From positions 32,001 through 96,000 of the forward strand of contig JAZKFH010000019.1 of assembly GCA_040386535.1 (NCBI GenBank): DNA of 64,000 bases, written 5' to 3'. Position 1 is the first letter of the stretch, and the number at the start of each line of letters is the position of its first letter. Below are positions 1 to 9,371 of the stretch, piece after piece. Made by a program: the position numbers and the translations under genes. The stretch comes from Myxococcota bacterium. GTDB taxonomy: Bacteria; Myxococcota_A; UBA796; SXON01. Under the pieces are notes generated by a model. The model made no database searches, was not told the DNA's origin, and saw nothing but the letters and a program-made list of their open reading frames with translations.

Positions 1-146
1 ACCTCGGGGTCGAGGTGCACCGGCGGCACGAGATCGCGGGCGCGCCCATCGTAGACATGCAGGAAGAACCCTCTGCGGTCGGTGTAGACCGCGAGATCGT
101 ACCGGTGCCCACGGATGGATGCGACATAGGAAGCCATTGGTTGCAT
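1..146 (-). CDS. Hypothetical protein, N-terminal part (runs off the left edge)
   Basis: Not in the ORF track. Minus-strand ATG at 146 is preceded by a strong RBS (AAAGGAGGAGG) and the frame is open to position 1: MQPMASYVASIRGHRYDLAVYTDRRGFFLHVYDGRARDLVPPVHLDPE. Confidence 0.65.
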   Translation of the reverse strand, partial: MQPMASYVASIRGHRYDLAVYTDRRGFFLHVYDGRARDLVPPVHLDPE

Positions 147-592
147 GGGGCGTCCTCCTCCTTTCGTGGGAGTATGTCCTGGGATGCGCGGATGGATCAC
201 CCCTGTCGGGAACGAGCTTTGTTCGCCGACTTCTGGCGCAGGCGTGGATGGTTCCGGGCCCGGCGGTCGGGCACGGGATTGTCGGAGTCGGAACGCCCGA
301 CGTTCATTTTCCCGCGTTGCCACCCCCTCTCGTTCAGCCGCTGGTCGAATGTGACGTGACGCTCACGACGGCGCCTCCTCCCGCTTCGGTGCTCCGATCT
401 GGTGCCCCGCGTGACGCGGCGCCCGGCAAGGCCCAGGTCAGCGTCAATCAGGGCGTACCACGAGCATTTAATCACGTCCCGGCCCTGGACGTCGCGGTTC
501 GGGTCGGTCTGGATCCGGCGCGTTCGGAGCGAGTTCACACCTGGATGACGCGACGCGGAAGGGTGGGCGCTATCGTTCGTGCCGGAGGGGGC

Positions 593-1735
593 ATGCAGCG
601 CCGGATGGCGGGCCTGTCGCTGGGTTTCCTGACGGTGTGCGGCTGCTTCTCGGGCGAGACCGGGGCGGTGGTCGGGAAATGCGACACACCCGACGATCCC
701 GACCGGGGCATGGGCTTCCGCCCCCTGCTCGCGCGCCTCGGCGCCCAGCGATGCCTCTCCGAGGCCGACCAGGACGCGCTGATCGCGTGGGTCGACCCCT
801 TCTACGAGCAGCAGGACGTCTGGTGTGACGCGATCTACCGCCTGTCCTCGCCCGACGGTCGCACCTTCACCGGGGAGCCCGAGCCGGTCCGGGAGCACGC
901 CAGCGTGTCGGACGTGGTCATCACGGCCGAAGGAGCCCACGTGGTGGTGTTCAACGATCTGGCGCCCGGGCTGTTCGCGGCGACGCTGCGCACGGACCCG
1001 GAGCGCTTCTGGCGGCAGGGGCTCGTGGGGATCGGCGGGCTGGGGCTGCTGGTGGACTCGGGGGAGGGGTTCGCCGAGGTGCCGCTCGACCTGCACCTCC
1101 CGGAGCTCGCGCTGGTCGTCGACCCCGACCTCACCGTGCGCCCGGCGGGCGACTACCGCCTCGTGACGTTCGTGGTGCCGGGGACCGCGCTCGACGGCCA
1201 CCAGTGGGATCCCTTCCAGAGCAAGGAGCCGCACGGCTTCTTCCGCGCCGTGTCGCCGCGGTTCGACACGTTCCCCGGGCCCAGGCGGGTGGTGGCGAGC
1301 CGGGCGGGCAAGCACGGGGGCGCCGACCCGACCGTGCTCGACCTGCCCGACGGCGAGATCCTGTTCGTCGGGGACTTCACCGAGCCGCTCCGGGGCTGGT
1401 CCGCCCCCGCCGGGCGCTACCCGCCGCTCGGCGCGGTCCCAGGCGTGAGCGCTGACCTGCCCGTGGCGGGCCCGAAGGCGGTGGTCGACCCCACCGGACC
1501 CTACCGCCTCTACTTCGTCGACTTCACCAGCGGCCTGCTCTCCCTCGCGACCAGCACCGACGGCCGCTCCTGGTCGGGGCTCGGCCCCGTCGTGAACATG
1601 CCCCAAGTCAACTCGCCCGGCGTGGCGCGGGCCGCGGACGGCACGTGGTGGTTGTACTTCAACCGGCGCGAACCCGGCTGCGTCTCGAAAGTACGCGGCG
1701 CTGCCCGTGGGGATCGCTTGACACCCGGGCGATGA
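593..1735 (+). CDS. Putative lipoprotein with beta-propeller/Asp-box repeats (sialidase/GH43-32-like fold)
   Basis: Within ORF 119..1735. ATG 593 follows a GGAGGGG RBS; lipobox-like TVCGC; Asp-box-like SSPDGRTF and TSTDGRSW; blade motifs DPDL, DPTV, SPGV...WWLYF. Confidence 0.6.
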   Translation: MQRRMAGLSLGFLTVCGCFSGETGAVVGKCDTPDDPDRGMGFRPLLARLGAQRCLSEADQDALIAWVDPFYEQQDVWCDAIYRLSSPDGRTFTGEPEPVREHASVSDVVITAEGAHVVVFNDLAPGLFAATLRTDPERFWRQGLVGIGGLGLLVDSGEGFAEVPLDLHLPELALVVDPDLTVRPAGDYRLVTFVVPGTALDGHQWDPFQSKEPHGFFRAVSPRFDTFPGPRRVVASRAGKHGGADPTVLDLPDGEILFVGDFTEPLRGWSAPAGRYPPLGAVPGVSADLPVAGPKAVVDPTGPYRLYFVDFTSGLLSLATSTDGRSWSGLGPVVNMPQVNSPGVARAADGTWWLYFNRREPGCVSKVRGAARGDRLTPGR

Positions 1736-1770
1736 CGCGCGAGTCTGCGCGCCACTCTACGAGGCCGACC

Positions 1771-2100
1771 GTGCAAGCACCCAAGTCCTACACCGACGCT
1801 GGCGCCCTTACGATCCTCTCCGGCGTCATGAACATCATCGTGGGCGGCCTGCTGTTCCTCACGATGGTGTGGGTGTGCGTCGGCGTGTTGTGGCTCGTGC
1901 CGATGGCGGTCGGCGTCTTCCAGGTCGTGGTCGGCATCTCGATGAACGGCGGCAAGCGCACCTCCGCCGCGAGCTACATCAGCATCGTCGGCATCATCGC
2001 GGGGGTGTGCAACTTCAACCCCCTCGGGATCGGCGCGGCCGTGCTCGCCATGCTCAAGGTCAAGGAGCCCGAAGTAGCGGGGTACCTCACGGGCTCCTGA
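1771..2100 (+). CDS. Small multi-pass membrane protein
   Basis: 3-4 hydrophobic segments. Start is GTG 1771 (alternative ATG 1732 overlapping the upstream stop). Confidence 0.65.
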   Translation: MQAPKSYTDAGALTILSGVMNIIVGGLLFLTMVWVCVGVLWLVPMAVGVFQVVVGISMNGGKRTSAASYISIVGIIAGVCNFNPLGIGAAVLAMLKVKEPEVAGYLTGS

Positions 2101-2137
2101 TCGCCCGGCCGTGTCCTCGGGAGGATAGACCTGGGAG

Positions 2138-4288
2138 ATGTACGCCGATCGCCTCGAGGGCGAGGTTGCCGGGTTCAGCTTCAAGTCGCCGGACGGCGGC
2201 TTCGCGGTCGCGAAGATCAAGGTGCAGACGGGCGCCGAGGTCACCGCAGTGGGGCAGCTCGCGCACCTGTTCGAGGGGCAGCGCCTCGTGGCCGAGGGCC
2301 AGTGGATCAACGACGGCCGGTTCGGCCGCCAGTTCAAGATCGAGAAGTTCCTGGTCCAGGAGCCGCGCACGCTGCGGGGCCTGGAGCGGTACCTCGCCGC
2401 CGCCATCGAGGGCGTGGGGCCCGAGATCGCGCGTCGCATCGTGGAGACCTTCGGCCTCGACGCCCTCCAGGTGCTCGAGAGCCAGCAGGAGCGCCTCGCG
2501 GAGGTGCCCGGCGTCGGGGAGAAGACCCGCGAGAAGATCGTCGCCGGCTGGGCGAAGGACGCCACGGGCCGCGAGCTCGAGGTGACCCTGCGCGGGTTCG
2601 GCCTCGGGCCGGTGTTGTGCCGCCGCATCGCCGAGGCGTTCGACAAGGACGCGCTCTCCGTCGTGACGCGTGAGCCCTATCGGCTCGTCGACATCAAGGG
2701 CGTGGGCTTCCGCACCGCCGACCAGATCGCGCGCGCCAACGGCATCGCCCAGGACGATCCAGCGCGGGTGCAGGCCGCCGTGCAGTTCTGCCTGGACGAG
2801 GCCGAGGGAGAGGGCAGCTGCTACCTCCCCGAGGGCGTGCTGATCGAGCGGCTCGTCAAGCTGGACGTGCCGGAGGCGGGCTCGCGCGTGGAGCTCGACC
2901 GCATGGCGGGCTTCGGGCGGGTGGTGCGCCACCGGGCCCCGGTGGAGGAGCAGCGCGCGGTCTTCAAGCCGCGGACCGAGCAGCTGGAGTCGCGCGTCGC
3001 GAGGGCGCTGACGGACCGGCTCACGCAGGTGCCGGCCGCACGCGCCGTGGATGTGTCGCGGGCCGAGGTGGCGTGCAAGCTCGAGCTGCACGAGGCGCAA
3101 CGCGCCGCGGTCGAGCTGTCCCTGGCGAGCGGCGTCTCCGTGATCACCGGCGGCCCGGGCACCGGCAAGACCACCATCCTCAAGGTGTTGCTCGCGGCGG
3201 GGCGTCAACGCGACGAGAAGTGGTTGTGCGCCGCGCCCACCGGGCGTGCCGCGCGCCGGCTCTCCGAGTCGAGCGGGCAGGAGGCGAAGACGCTGCACCG
3301 GCTCCTCGAGTACTCGATGACCGACATGGACTTCACCCGCAATTCCACCAAGCCGCTCGAAGCGGACGGTGTGTTGGTGGACGAGTCGTCCATGCTCGAC
3401 CTCAAGCTGATGGGGGCGCTGCTCGACGCGCTCCCGACCAAGTGCCGGCTCGTGCTCGTGGGCGACGTGGACCAGCTCCCGAGCGTTGGCGCGGGCCAGG
3501 TGTTGCGCGATTGCATCGACAGCGGCGCGCTCCCCGTCGCGCGCCTCACCGAGGTGTATCGGCAGGCGAACGACAGCGGCATCGTCCGCAACGCGCACCG
3601 CATCAACGCCGGCACCGTGCCGATCTCCGGCGAGAAGGACACCGTGGAGTCGGGGGGCATGGGCGAGGTGCGCGACTTCTTCCTGCTCACCCGCGAGGAT
3701 GCGACCGACGCGCAGAACCTGCTCCTCCAGGTCATCCAGGAGCGGCTCCCGCGCCTCGGCTTCGATCCGAAGCGTGACGTGCAGGTGCTCACCCCGATGC
3801 ACGGCGGCATCCTCGGCACCACCGCGCTCAACGAGCGGCTCCAGGCCGCGCTCAACCCCGAGGGCGCCTCGATCGTGCGCGGCAACCGCACCTTCCGCGT
3901 GGGCGACCGTATCCTCCAGACGCGCAACGACTACGACAACGACATCTTCAACGGGGACACCGCCACCGTGGTGGCGGTCGAAGCCGGTAGCCTCACCGCC
4001 GACTTCGACGGGCGCGAGGTGACCCTGGTGGGCGACAGCCTCGACGCCCTCGAGCTCGCCTACGCGATCAGCATCCACAAGTCCCAGGGCAGCGAGTACC
4101 CCGCGGTGGTCGTCGCCCTGCACAACAGCCACTTCGTGATGTTGCGTCGCAACCTGCTCTACACGGCGCTGACGCGGGCGCGGCGGTTCGCGTGCCTCGT
4201 GGCGAGCCCGCGCGCGCTCCGGACGGCGGTCGGTCGGTGTGGCGGAGACGAGCGGTACACGCGGCTCGCGGAGCGCATGCGGCAGTGA
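2138..4288 (+). CDS. recD2: ATP-dependent RecD2-like SF1B DNA helicase
   Basis: N-terminal OB/HhH region (GVGPEIARRIV, GVGFRTADQIA), Walker A GGPGTGKTT, VDESSM, GDVDQLPSVG, AYAISIHKSQGSE, LLYTALTRA. Confidence 0.93.
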   Translation: MYADRLEGEVAGFSFKSPDGGFAVAKIKVQTGAEVTAVGQLAHLFEGQRLVAEGQWINDGRFGRQFKIEKFLVQEPRTLRGLERYLAAAIEGVGPEIARRIVETFGLDALQVLESQQERLAEVPGVGEKTREKIVAGWAKDATGRELEVTLRGFGLGPVLCRRIAEAFDKDALSVVTREPYRLVDIKGVGFRTADQIARANGIAQDDPARVQAAVQFCLDEAEGEGSCYLPEGVLIERLVKLDVPEAGSRVELDRMAGFGRVVRHRAPVEEQRAVFKPRTEQLESRVARALTDRLTQVPAARAVDVSRAEVACKLELHEAQRAAVELSLASGVSVITGGPGTGKTTILKVLLAAGRQRDEKWLCAAPTGRAARRLSESSGQEAKTLHRLLEYSMTDMDFTRNSTKPLEADGVLVDESSMLDLKLMGALLDALPTKCRLVLVGDVDQLPSVGAGQVLRDCIDSGALPVARLTEVYRQANDSGIVRNAHRINAGTVPISGEKDTVESGGMGEVRDFFLLTREDATDAQNLLLQVIQERLPRLGFDPKRDVQVLTPMHGGILGTTALNERLQAALNPEGASIVRGNRTFRVGDRILQTRNDYDNDIFNGDTATVVAVEAGSLTADFDGREVTLVGDSLDALELAYAISIHKSQGSEYPAVVVALHNSHFVMLRRNLLYTALTRARRFACLVASPRALRTAVGRCGGDERYTRLAERMRQ

Positions 4289-4299
4289 GCCGGCGGTCC

Positions 4300-4335
4300 G
4301 ACCGGCACGCTGACCGGCACGCTGACCGGCACGCC
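4300..4335. repeat. Tandem 12-bp repeat GACCGGCACGC(T/C) x3, intergenic
   Basis: Direct reading: gaccggcacgct gaccggcacgct gaccggcacgcc. Confidence 0.85.
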
Positions 4336-4379
4336 GACGGGCCGCCACTCGCGATATGCTGCGCGGCCACGGAGGCCAC

Positions 4380-5543
4380 GTGCTCTTCCTGCTCACCGGC
4401 TGCATCGGCCTGAACGTCAACGCCATCCCCACGCAAGACCTGTACGCCGACAACGGCGAGACGAAGGGCGGCCCGAGCCGCGTGGAGTTCGCGGTCATCG
4501 GGGACGTTCGCCCGGCCATCCCCGGCGAGGAGACGCGCGGCCGCGTCGCGACGCCCGCCACCGAGGCCATCCTGGTCAAGGACATCTCCGCGGCCGTCCA
4601 GAAGGAGGACGTGTCGTTCGTCGTGCTCCTCGGCAACCTCGTGGCGACCTCGTCCACGGCCGAGTGGAAGGGCTTCGCGCGCGACTGGTCGCTGGTCCTC
4701 TCGGGCAGCGAGCTCCCGGAGACCGGCACGTTGCGCGTCCGCTCGATCCCGGTGGCCGGCGCGAGCGACCGCGCGGGGGACGATCGGCTTGCCGGCTTCG
4801 GCGCGGCGTTCCCCGGCGTCGGCGCGGACATCGGCTACAACCGCGTCGCGAGCTGGTACACGTTCGACGTCACGGCCGGCAAGGCCACGTGGCGGATGAT
4901 CGTGCTGGACAGCGGCAAGGACACGCTCGGTTCGCGGTGGAGCGAGCAGATGGCGTGGATCCCGAAGGCGCTCGAAGGCGAGTACGACGGGCTGCTGGTG
5001 TTCATGCACCACCCGTTGTGGACCCTGGCGAAGGGCGCCACGCCCGACGAGGGCAAGGCTCCGAGCGAGCTGCTCGCCGCGGTCGACGACGCGACGAAGA
5101 TCGGCGCGCTCAAGGCGGTGTTCTCGGGGCACGCGCACACCAACGAGGTGTACCTGCCGGGCGGGCGCTACGGCGAGATGTACGTCGTCGCGGGCGGCGG
5201 CGGCGCGCCGGCCGACACCGTGAAGCGGTGGGGGCGCGTGGGCCAGGAGGACCTGAAGCTCGAGCCCATCTTCGACCTCGCGCTGATGAAGGAGTTCGGC
5301 AAGTGGGTCGAGCCCCGCGGCATCTCCGAGGCCCTGCAGGAGAAGGCGAAGGCGGACGGCAGCTGGGCCGGCTTCGACGCGGAGATCGACGCGAGCGCCA
5401 TGCCGATCCAGGGCTGGTGGAACGTGGCGCTGGTCGGCGACGACATGGAGCTCACGTTTCGCATGGTGGGTGCGGACAGCGTCGTCAAAGACCTCTACAC
5501 GGTCAATTACGACTCCAAGGACGGGTGGAAGATCGGGAAGTAG
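4380..5543 (+). CDS. Calcineurin-like metallophosphoesterase-fold lipoprotein (degenerate motifs)
   Basis: GTG 4380 after GGAGG; MLFLLTGC lipobox; motifs FAVIGD, VLLGNL, PVAGASD, FMHHP, FSGHAH. Confidence 0.75.
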   Translation: MLFLLTGCIGLNVNAIPTQDLYADNGETKGGPSRVEFAVIGDVRPAIPGEETRGRVATPATEAILVKDISAAVQKEDVSFVVLLGNLVATSSTAEWKGFARDWSLVLSGSELPETGTLRVRSIPVAGASDRAGDDRLAGFGAAFPGVGADIGYNRVASWYTFDVTAGKATWRMIVLDSGKDTLGSRWSEQMAWIPKALEGEYDGLLVFMHHPLWTLAKGATPDEGKAPSELLAAVDDATKIGALKAVFSGHAHTNEVYLPGGRYGEMYVVAGGGGAPADTVKRWGRVGQEDLKLEPIFDLALMKEFGKWVEPRGISEALQEKAKADGSWAGFDAEIDASAMPIQGWWNVALVGDDMELTFRMVGADSVVKDLYTVNYDSKDGWKIGK

Positions 5544-5554
5544 GGAGGGCCGCC

Positions 5555-6928
5555 CTGATCGCCCTGCCGACGATCGGGGTGACGGTCCGCAACCTGCTTG
5601 CGCCCGTCGAGTCGATCGTGGGGCGGGTGCCCGACGACGCCCTGTTCTACCTGGTCCTGGCGCGGCGGCTGGTGGCGGGGGAGGGGTTCACGTTTGACGG
5701 GGTGTCGCCCACGACGGGCTTTCATCCCGCCTGGCTCGCCATCGTGACCGCGCTCGTGCCGACCGGCGATCCGGTAGCGGGGCTGCGCGGCCTCCTGCTG
5801 CTGCACGGGCTCGTCACGTTGGTGAGCGTCCTGCTGCTGGACCGTGTTGCCCGTAAGGCCGGGGCGTCGTCGGGGTGGAGCGCGCTGGGCGCTGCGGCCG
5901 CGGGGGCGTGGGGCGCGAGCGCGTACGGGCTGGGGATGGAGACGGCGCTGGTCGGGGCGCTCGCGCTGGCTGTGTTGACGTTGGAGGGGCGCGGCCTGCA
6001 TCACGGGCGGAAGGCGTGGCTCCTCGGGCTGGGGATGGGGCTCACCCGCGTGGACGCGATCCCGCTGCTATTGGGCGCCGGTCGACAGGCGCCGGCCGCG
6101 CTCCTCGGCGGGCTCTGCGGGGTGGCGATCACCGCGGGCTTCAACCGCGCGGTTGCGGGCGAGTGGGCGTCGACGGCCGCGAGCATCAAGGGGCTGGGGA
6201 CGGTGGCCGCGCGCCTGGGGCGCCTCGATCCGGAGGGGGTGTGGCGCCACGTGCCGGGGCCCGCGGTGGCGGCAATCGTCGTGATGGGAGGTTGGTTTGT
6301 GTCACGGCGATACATCCGGTCGACGTCGGAAGTATCAGATGTATCAAATGTATCAGTATCAGTGTTGGGAGGCGCCGCCTGGATCGGCGCCTCGTACCTC
6401 TTCAACAACCTCGTCGGCCCCTGGTACTTCCTGCCGCTCACGTGGGTGCTGCTCGCGGCCGCCCTCGGTCGCGGGGGGCTGCCGACCCTCGTGTTGGTGG
6501 TGGCGCTCCTGGGCGGCGTGGCCCTCCCGGCGCCGGGGCTCCACGCCACGGTGGTCGCCTTCGCCCATGATGTCGCGGCGCGCGCGCCCGTCGACGCGCG
6601 TATCGTCGCCGAGGACTTCCCCGGCGCCCTCGCGTGGTTCGGCGAGCGGACGGTTTTCCCCGCCGACGGCCTAGCCGCGAGCCCGGACTACCGGGCCGCG
6701 CTCACGACGGGAGCGGCGCTCCCCTGGTGGGAGGCCCGAGGGGCGACCCACTACGCGGTGACGCGGCGTCGCGAAGCGTGGCTGCTGGAGCGCCCGCTGA
6801 TCGACCGGATCGCGCCGCCGTTCCTCGCGGTGCCGCCCTCTCCCGTGCCGCTCGACCCCGCGCGCGTCGTGACCGCGCGGACCGATGCGGGCGGGCGGGT
6901 GTTCGTGCTGATCGGGCTGGGTCCGTAG
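5555..6928 (+). CDS. Integral membrane protein, GT-C (PMT/ArnT-like) glycosyltransferase-like
   Basis: 3' part of ORF 4664..6928. DDALFY...ARRL..GEGFTFDG..TTGFHPAW and GMET motifs plus many TM helices. Start uncertain (CTG 5555 after GGAGG, or GTG 5579). Confidence 0.65.
   Translation: MIALPTIGVTVRNLLAPVESIVGRVPDDALFYLVLARRLVAGEGFTFDGVSPTTGFHPAWLAIVTALVPTGDPVAGLRGLLLLHGLVTLVSVLLLDRVARKAGASSGWSALGAAAAGAWGASAYGLGMETALVGALALAVLTLEGRGLHHGRKAWLLGLGMGLTRVDAIPLLLGAGRQAPAALLGGLCGVAITAGFNRAVAGEWASTAASIKGLGTVAARLGRLDPEGVWRHVPGPAVAAIVVMGGWFVSRRYIRSTSEVSDVSNVSVSVLGGAAWIGASYLFNNLVGPWYFLPLTWVLLAAALGRGGLPTLVLVVALLGGVALPAPGLHATVVAFAHDVAARAPVDARIVAEDFPGALAWFGERTVFPADGLAASPDYRAALTTGAALPWWEARGATHYAVTRRREAWLLERPLIDRIAPPFLAVPPSPVPLDPARVVTARTDAGGRVFVLIGLGP
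6298..6364. repeat. AT-richer TGTATCAG-type dispersed repeat, copy inside a CDS
   Basis: cggcgatacat (6305-6315) and gtatcagatgtatca (6332-6346) are exact reverse complements of 11990-12000 and 11975-11989. Confidence 0.75.
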
Positions 6929-6933
6929 AGGCC

Positions 6934-8532
6934 CTACACCTTTGTCGGCGTACGCGGCCGGGGTGGCCCGTCGGCGGTGTCCTCCTCGGGCTCGATCTCG
7001 ATGACCCTGGGCGCGATCGCCCTGGGCACCTTCACCGGCGCCGACGCGAGATCCTCGGTCAACGCGAGCGTCAACGCGCCCTCGAAGCGGGAGAGGTCGG
7101 CCTCGACCGTCTCGAGCTCGACCCTCACCTTGCCCTTGCGTGCGCGGAGCTCGGCGTCCTCGCCGATCGTCGCGAGCTCGGCCTCGTGGGCGCGCAGGGC
7201 GTCCAGGCGCTCCTCGAGGCGGGCCACCTCGCTGCGGAGGTCGGCCAGGACGATCTCGGGCAGCTCCGCGGCCGCCACGCGGCGGCGCAAGGCACGTACG
7301 CGCGCCTCGGGGGCGGTGTCGGGGAGCGCGGCGCGGGCGCGGTCCTGGACGTGCAGGCGCACCTCGGCGACGCTGAACATCCCCTTCAGGTTCACGGCGG
7401 CCATGTACAGCAGGATGGCGGCGATTCCGCCGAAGGGGAGGAGGAGCCCGGACACGGCGCCCACGATGACGGACACCACGGCGAGCAGCCCGTACTGGAT
7501 GACGCGCGGCGCCTTGGTCATCACGACGTGGCCGCCCTTGACGCCGGCGGACTCCAGCCGCTTCAGGATGCGGTTCGCCTCGGCCTCGGTCTCGGCGGTG
7601 TCGATACACCACGTGCCGCCCTTCGCCGCCGCCCGACGCACGGCCTCGGGATCCGCGGCCGCACGCGATGCGATGACGCGCACGGCGGCAGGAGAGAGGC
7701 CGCGCAGGGGCACGAGCACGGCCCACGGGAGGATGGGGCCGCCGGCCGTCGTGAGTGTCGTGGGTGGGGGCGCCGTGACGCGGATGGCGGTCGAGGCGCC
7801 GGTGCTCGTGGGGGCTGCGGGCACGGGCGGGATCGCGGTCTCGGGGAGGTTCACCGGGGCCTCGGGGAGCCCGGCGACGGCCCCGCGGCGCGCGTCGGGG
7901 TCCTTCGCGAGGAGGCCGGCCAGCAGGGCGTCCGCCTCCGTGGAGACGCCGTGGGCCGAGGCCGGCGGGGGCTCCACGTCGACACGGGGCCAGTCCCCGG
8001 TGACCGCGCGGTAGAGGGTCACGCCCAGGCCGTACAGATCGGCCTCGGCGGTGGCGGTCCCTTCGGGGGCGCGGTGGCGTGGCACCCGCGCGACGCTCTC
8101 GGCGCGGGGTACGCCCGACGGGGCGAGGCGGACCGTGCCCGTCTCATCCGCGACCAGGTCATCGTCCCCCAGCTCTCCGCCACCCGCACCGCCCGCGGCA
8201 AGGATCGTGGGCGCGAGCCATCCCGCGAGCGCGACCGCTTCGGCGGGGGACAGGCGCGCGTTCTCGAGCGTGCCGCGGGTCGCGGGGCGCACGCGCACCG
8301 GGAGGCCGTCGACGACATCGGTGGCGAGCACGGGGAGGGCGGCGGGCGCGTCGGGGAGCGCGAGCCGTGGGAAGGCCTCGCGCACGCCGGGCCGGAACAG
8401 GACGTGCGCGGCGGGGGCCACGGCCTCGGCGACAGCCTCCCCATCCCGAACCCGAAAGCGCCGCAGATCGCCCGCGGGGGGCAGCTCCGACTCCACGATC
8501 CAGCGCCCGGCGACGCGTGTTCCGGTGCGCAT
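6934..8532 (-). CDS. Ser/Thr protein-kinase-like (probable pseudokinase) membrane protein with C-terminal coiled coil
   Basis: ATG 8532 overlaps the upstream stop. C-lobe motifs HRAPE and ADLYGLGVTLYRAVTG, LLAKDPDARR are present; HRD and DFG are absent; two TM helices; heptad-rich tail. Confidence 0.7.
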   Translation of the reverse strand: MRTGTRVAGRWIVESELPPAGDLRRFRVRDGEAVAEAVAPAAHVLFRPGVREAFPRLALPDAPAALPVLATDVVDGLPVRVRPATRGTLENARLSPAEAVALAGWLAPTILAAGGAGGGELGDDDLVADETGTVRLAPSGVPRAESVARVPRHRAPEGTATAEADLYGLGVTLYRAVTGDWPRVDVEPPPASAHGVSTEADALLAGLLAKDPDARRGAVAGLPEAPVNLPETAIPPVPAAPTSTGASTAIRVTAPPPTTLTTAGGPILPWAVLVPLRGLSPAAVRVIASRAAADPEAVRRAAAKGGTWCIDTAETEAEANRILKRLESAGVKGGHVVMTKAPRVIQYGLLAVVSVIVGAVSGLLLPFGGIAAILLYMAAVNLKGMFSVAEVRLHVQDRARAALPDTAPEARVRALRRRVAAAELPEIVLADLRSEVARLEERLDALRAHEAELATIGEDAELRARKGKVRVELETVEADLSRFEGALTLALTEDLASAPVKVPRAIAPRVIEIEPEEDTADGPPRPRTPTKV

Positions 8533-9371
8533 CACTCGGCCGCGCAGGTCTGGCCGATCCAGCACATGACGTTGTCGCGGTACAGCTCGGGCTCCGTCGC
8601 GGCCGCCTCGGCGTGGCCCGCGCCCGGCACGAGCCAGAGCCGCTTCGGGTCGACCGTGACCGCGTCGAAGATCTCCGCGGCGCTCTCGGGCTGGATGTAG
8701 GTGTCCGAGTCGCCGTGGATGACCAGGAAGGGCGAGGTGACCTCGGCCGCGGCGGCCGCGTTGTCCCACTCGTCGACGAGCAGCCAACCATCGGGCAGAT
8801 CGAGCCCCGAGCCGTCGTTCATCAACTTCTGCCCGTTGGCGAACATGTCCTCGGTGATGAGCACCTTCGGCGCGTCGGTGCCCGCGACCCGCGTCGCCAC
8901 CGAGCCGCCGAGCGAGAGCCCGAGGAAGGGGATGTCGGCGGTCTCGAGCCCCGTGGCGTCCTCGACGTAGTCGACCGCGGCGAAGCCGTCGGTGAGCACG
9001 CCGGCGTAGCTGGGCGAGCCCTCGGACTTGCCGTAGCCGCGGTAGTCGAAGATGAACACCTCGTATCCGAAGGACCAGTAGTCACCGAGCTGGCCCATGT
9101 AGGCGTCGATGTTGTCCGCGTTGCCGTGGAAGTAGAGCAGCACCGGCGCGTCTGCGACGGGCTGGTGCGCCCACACGCCGTACAACGTCAGGTCGTCCGC
9201 GGTGGGGAAGCTCACCTCTTCGAACGCCTCGGCCGGGATGACGTCGGAGGAGAGCGCGTACGCGGTGACGGCCTTGCCGTTGAAGAAGAAGCTGTCGAGG
9301 GACATGCAGCCCGTCAGGAGCAGGCTCGGCAGGAGCAGGGCCGGGGCGAGCAGGCGCTCAGCGAAGGTCAT
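8532..9371 (-). CDS. Alpha/beta hydrolase lipoprotein (ABHD17/Bem46-like)
   Basis: LLTGC lipobox, LYFHGNA, DYRGYGKS, GLSLGG nucleophile elbow, IHGDSD, GAGH. Confidence 0.88.
   Translation of the reverse strand: MTFAERLLAPALLLPSLLLTGCMSLDSFFFNGKAVTAYALSSDVIPAEAFEEVSFPTADDLTLYGVWAHQPVADAPVLLYFHGNADNIDAYMGQLGDYWSFGYEVFIFDYRGYGKSEGSPSYAGVLTDGFAAVDYVEDATGLETADIPFLGLSLGGSVATRVAGTDAPKVLITEDMFANGQKLMNDGSGLDLPDGWLLVDEWDNAAAAAEVTSPFLVIHGDSDTYIQPESAAEIFDAVTVDPKRLWLVPGAGHAEAAATEPELYRDNVMCWIGQTCAAE

Noticed and set aside
348..367. TGTGA...TCAC resembling a CRP/FNR box
   Set aside because: Spacer is 8 nt rather than 6 and the right half-site is imperfect
2087..4831. Long antisense/alternate-frame ORFs (also 34530..37295, 37335..40478, 49080..52043 and many others)
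   Set aside because: Shadow ORFs expected in high-GC DNA opposite or overlapping well-supported genes; R/A/G/P-rich with no motifs
4664..5554. 5' extension of ORF 4664..6928 as a real overlapping gene or fusion
   Set aside because: It overlaps the phosphoesterase gene in another frame and is low-complexity; protein-like sequence begins only after 5543
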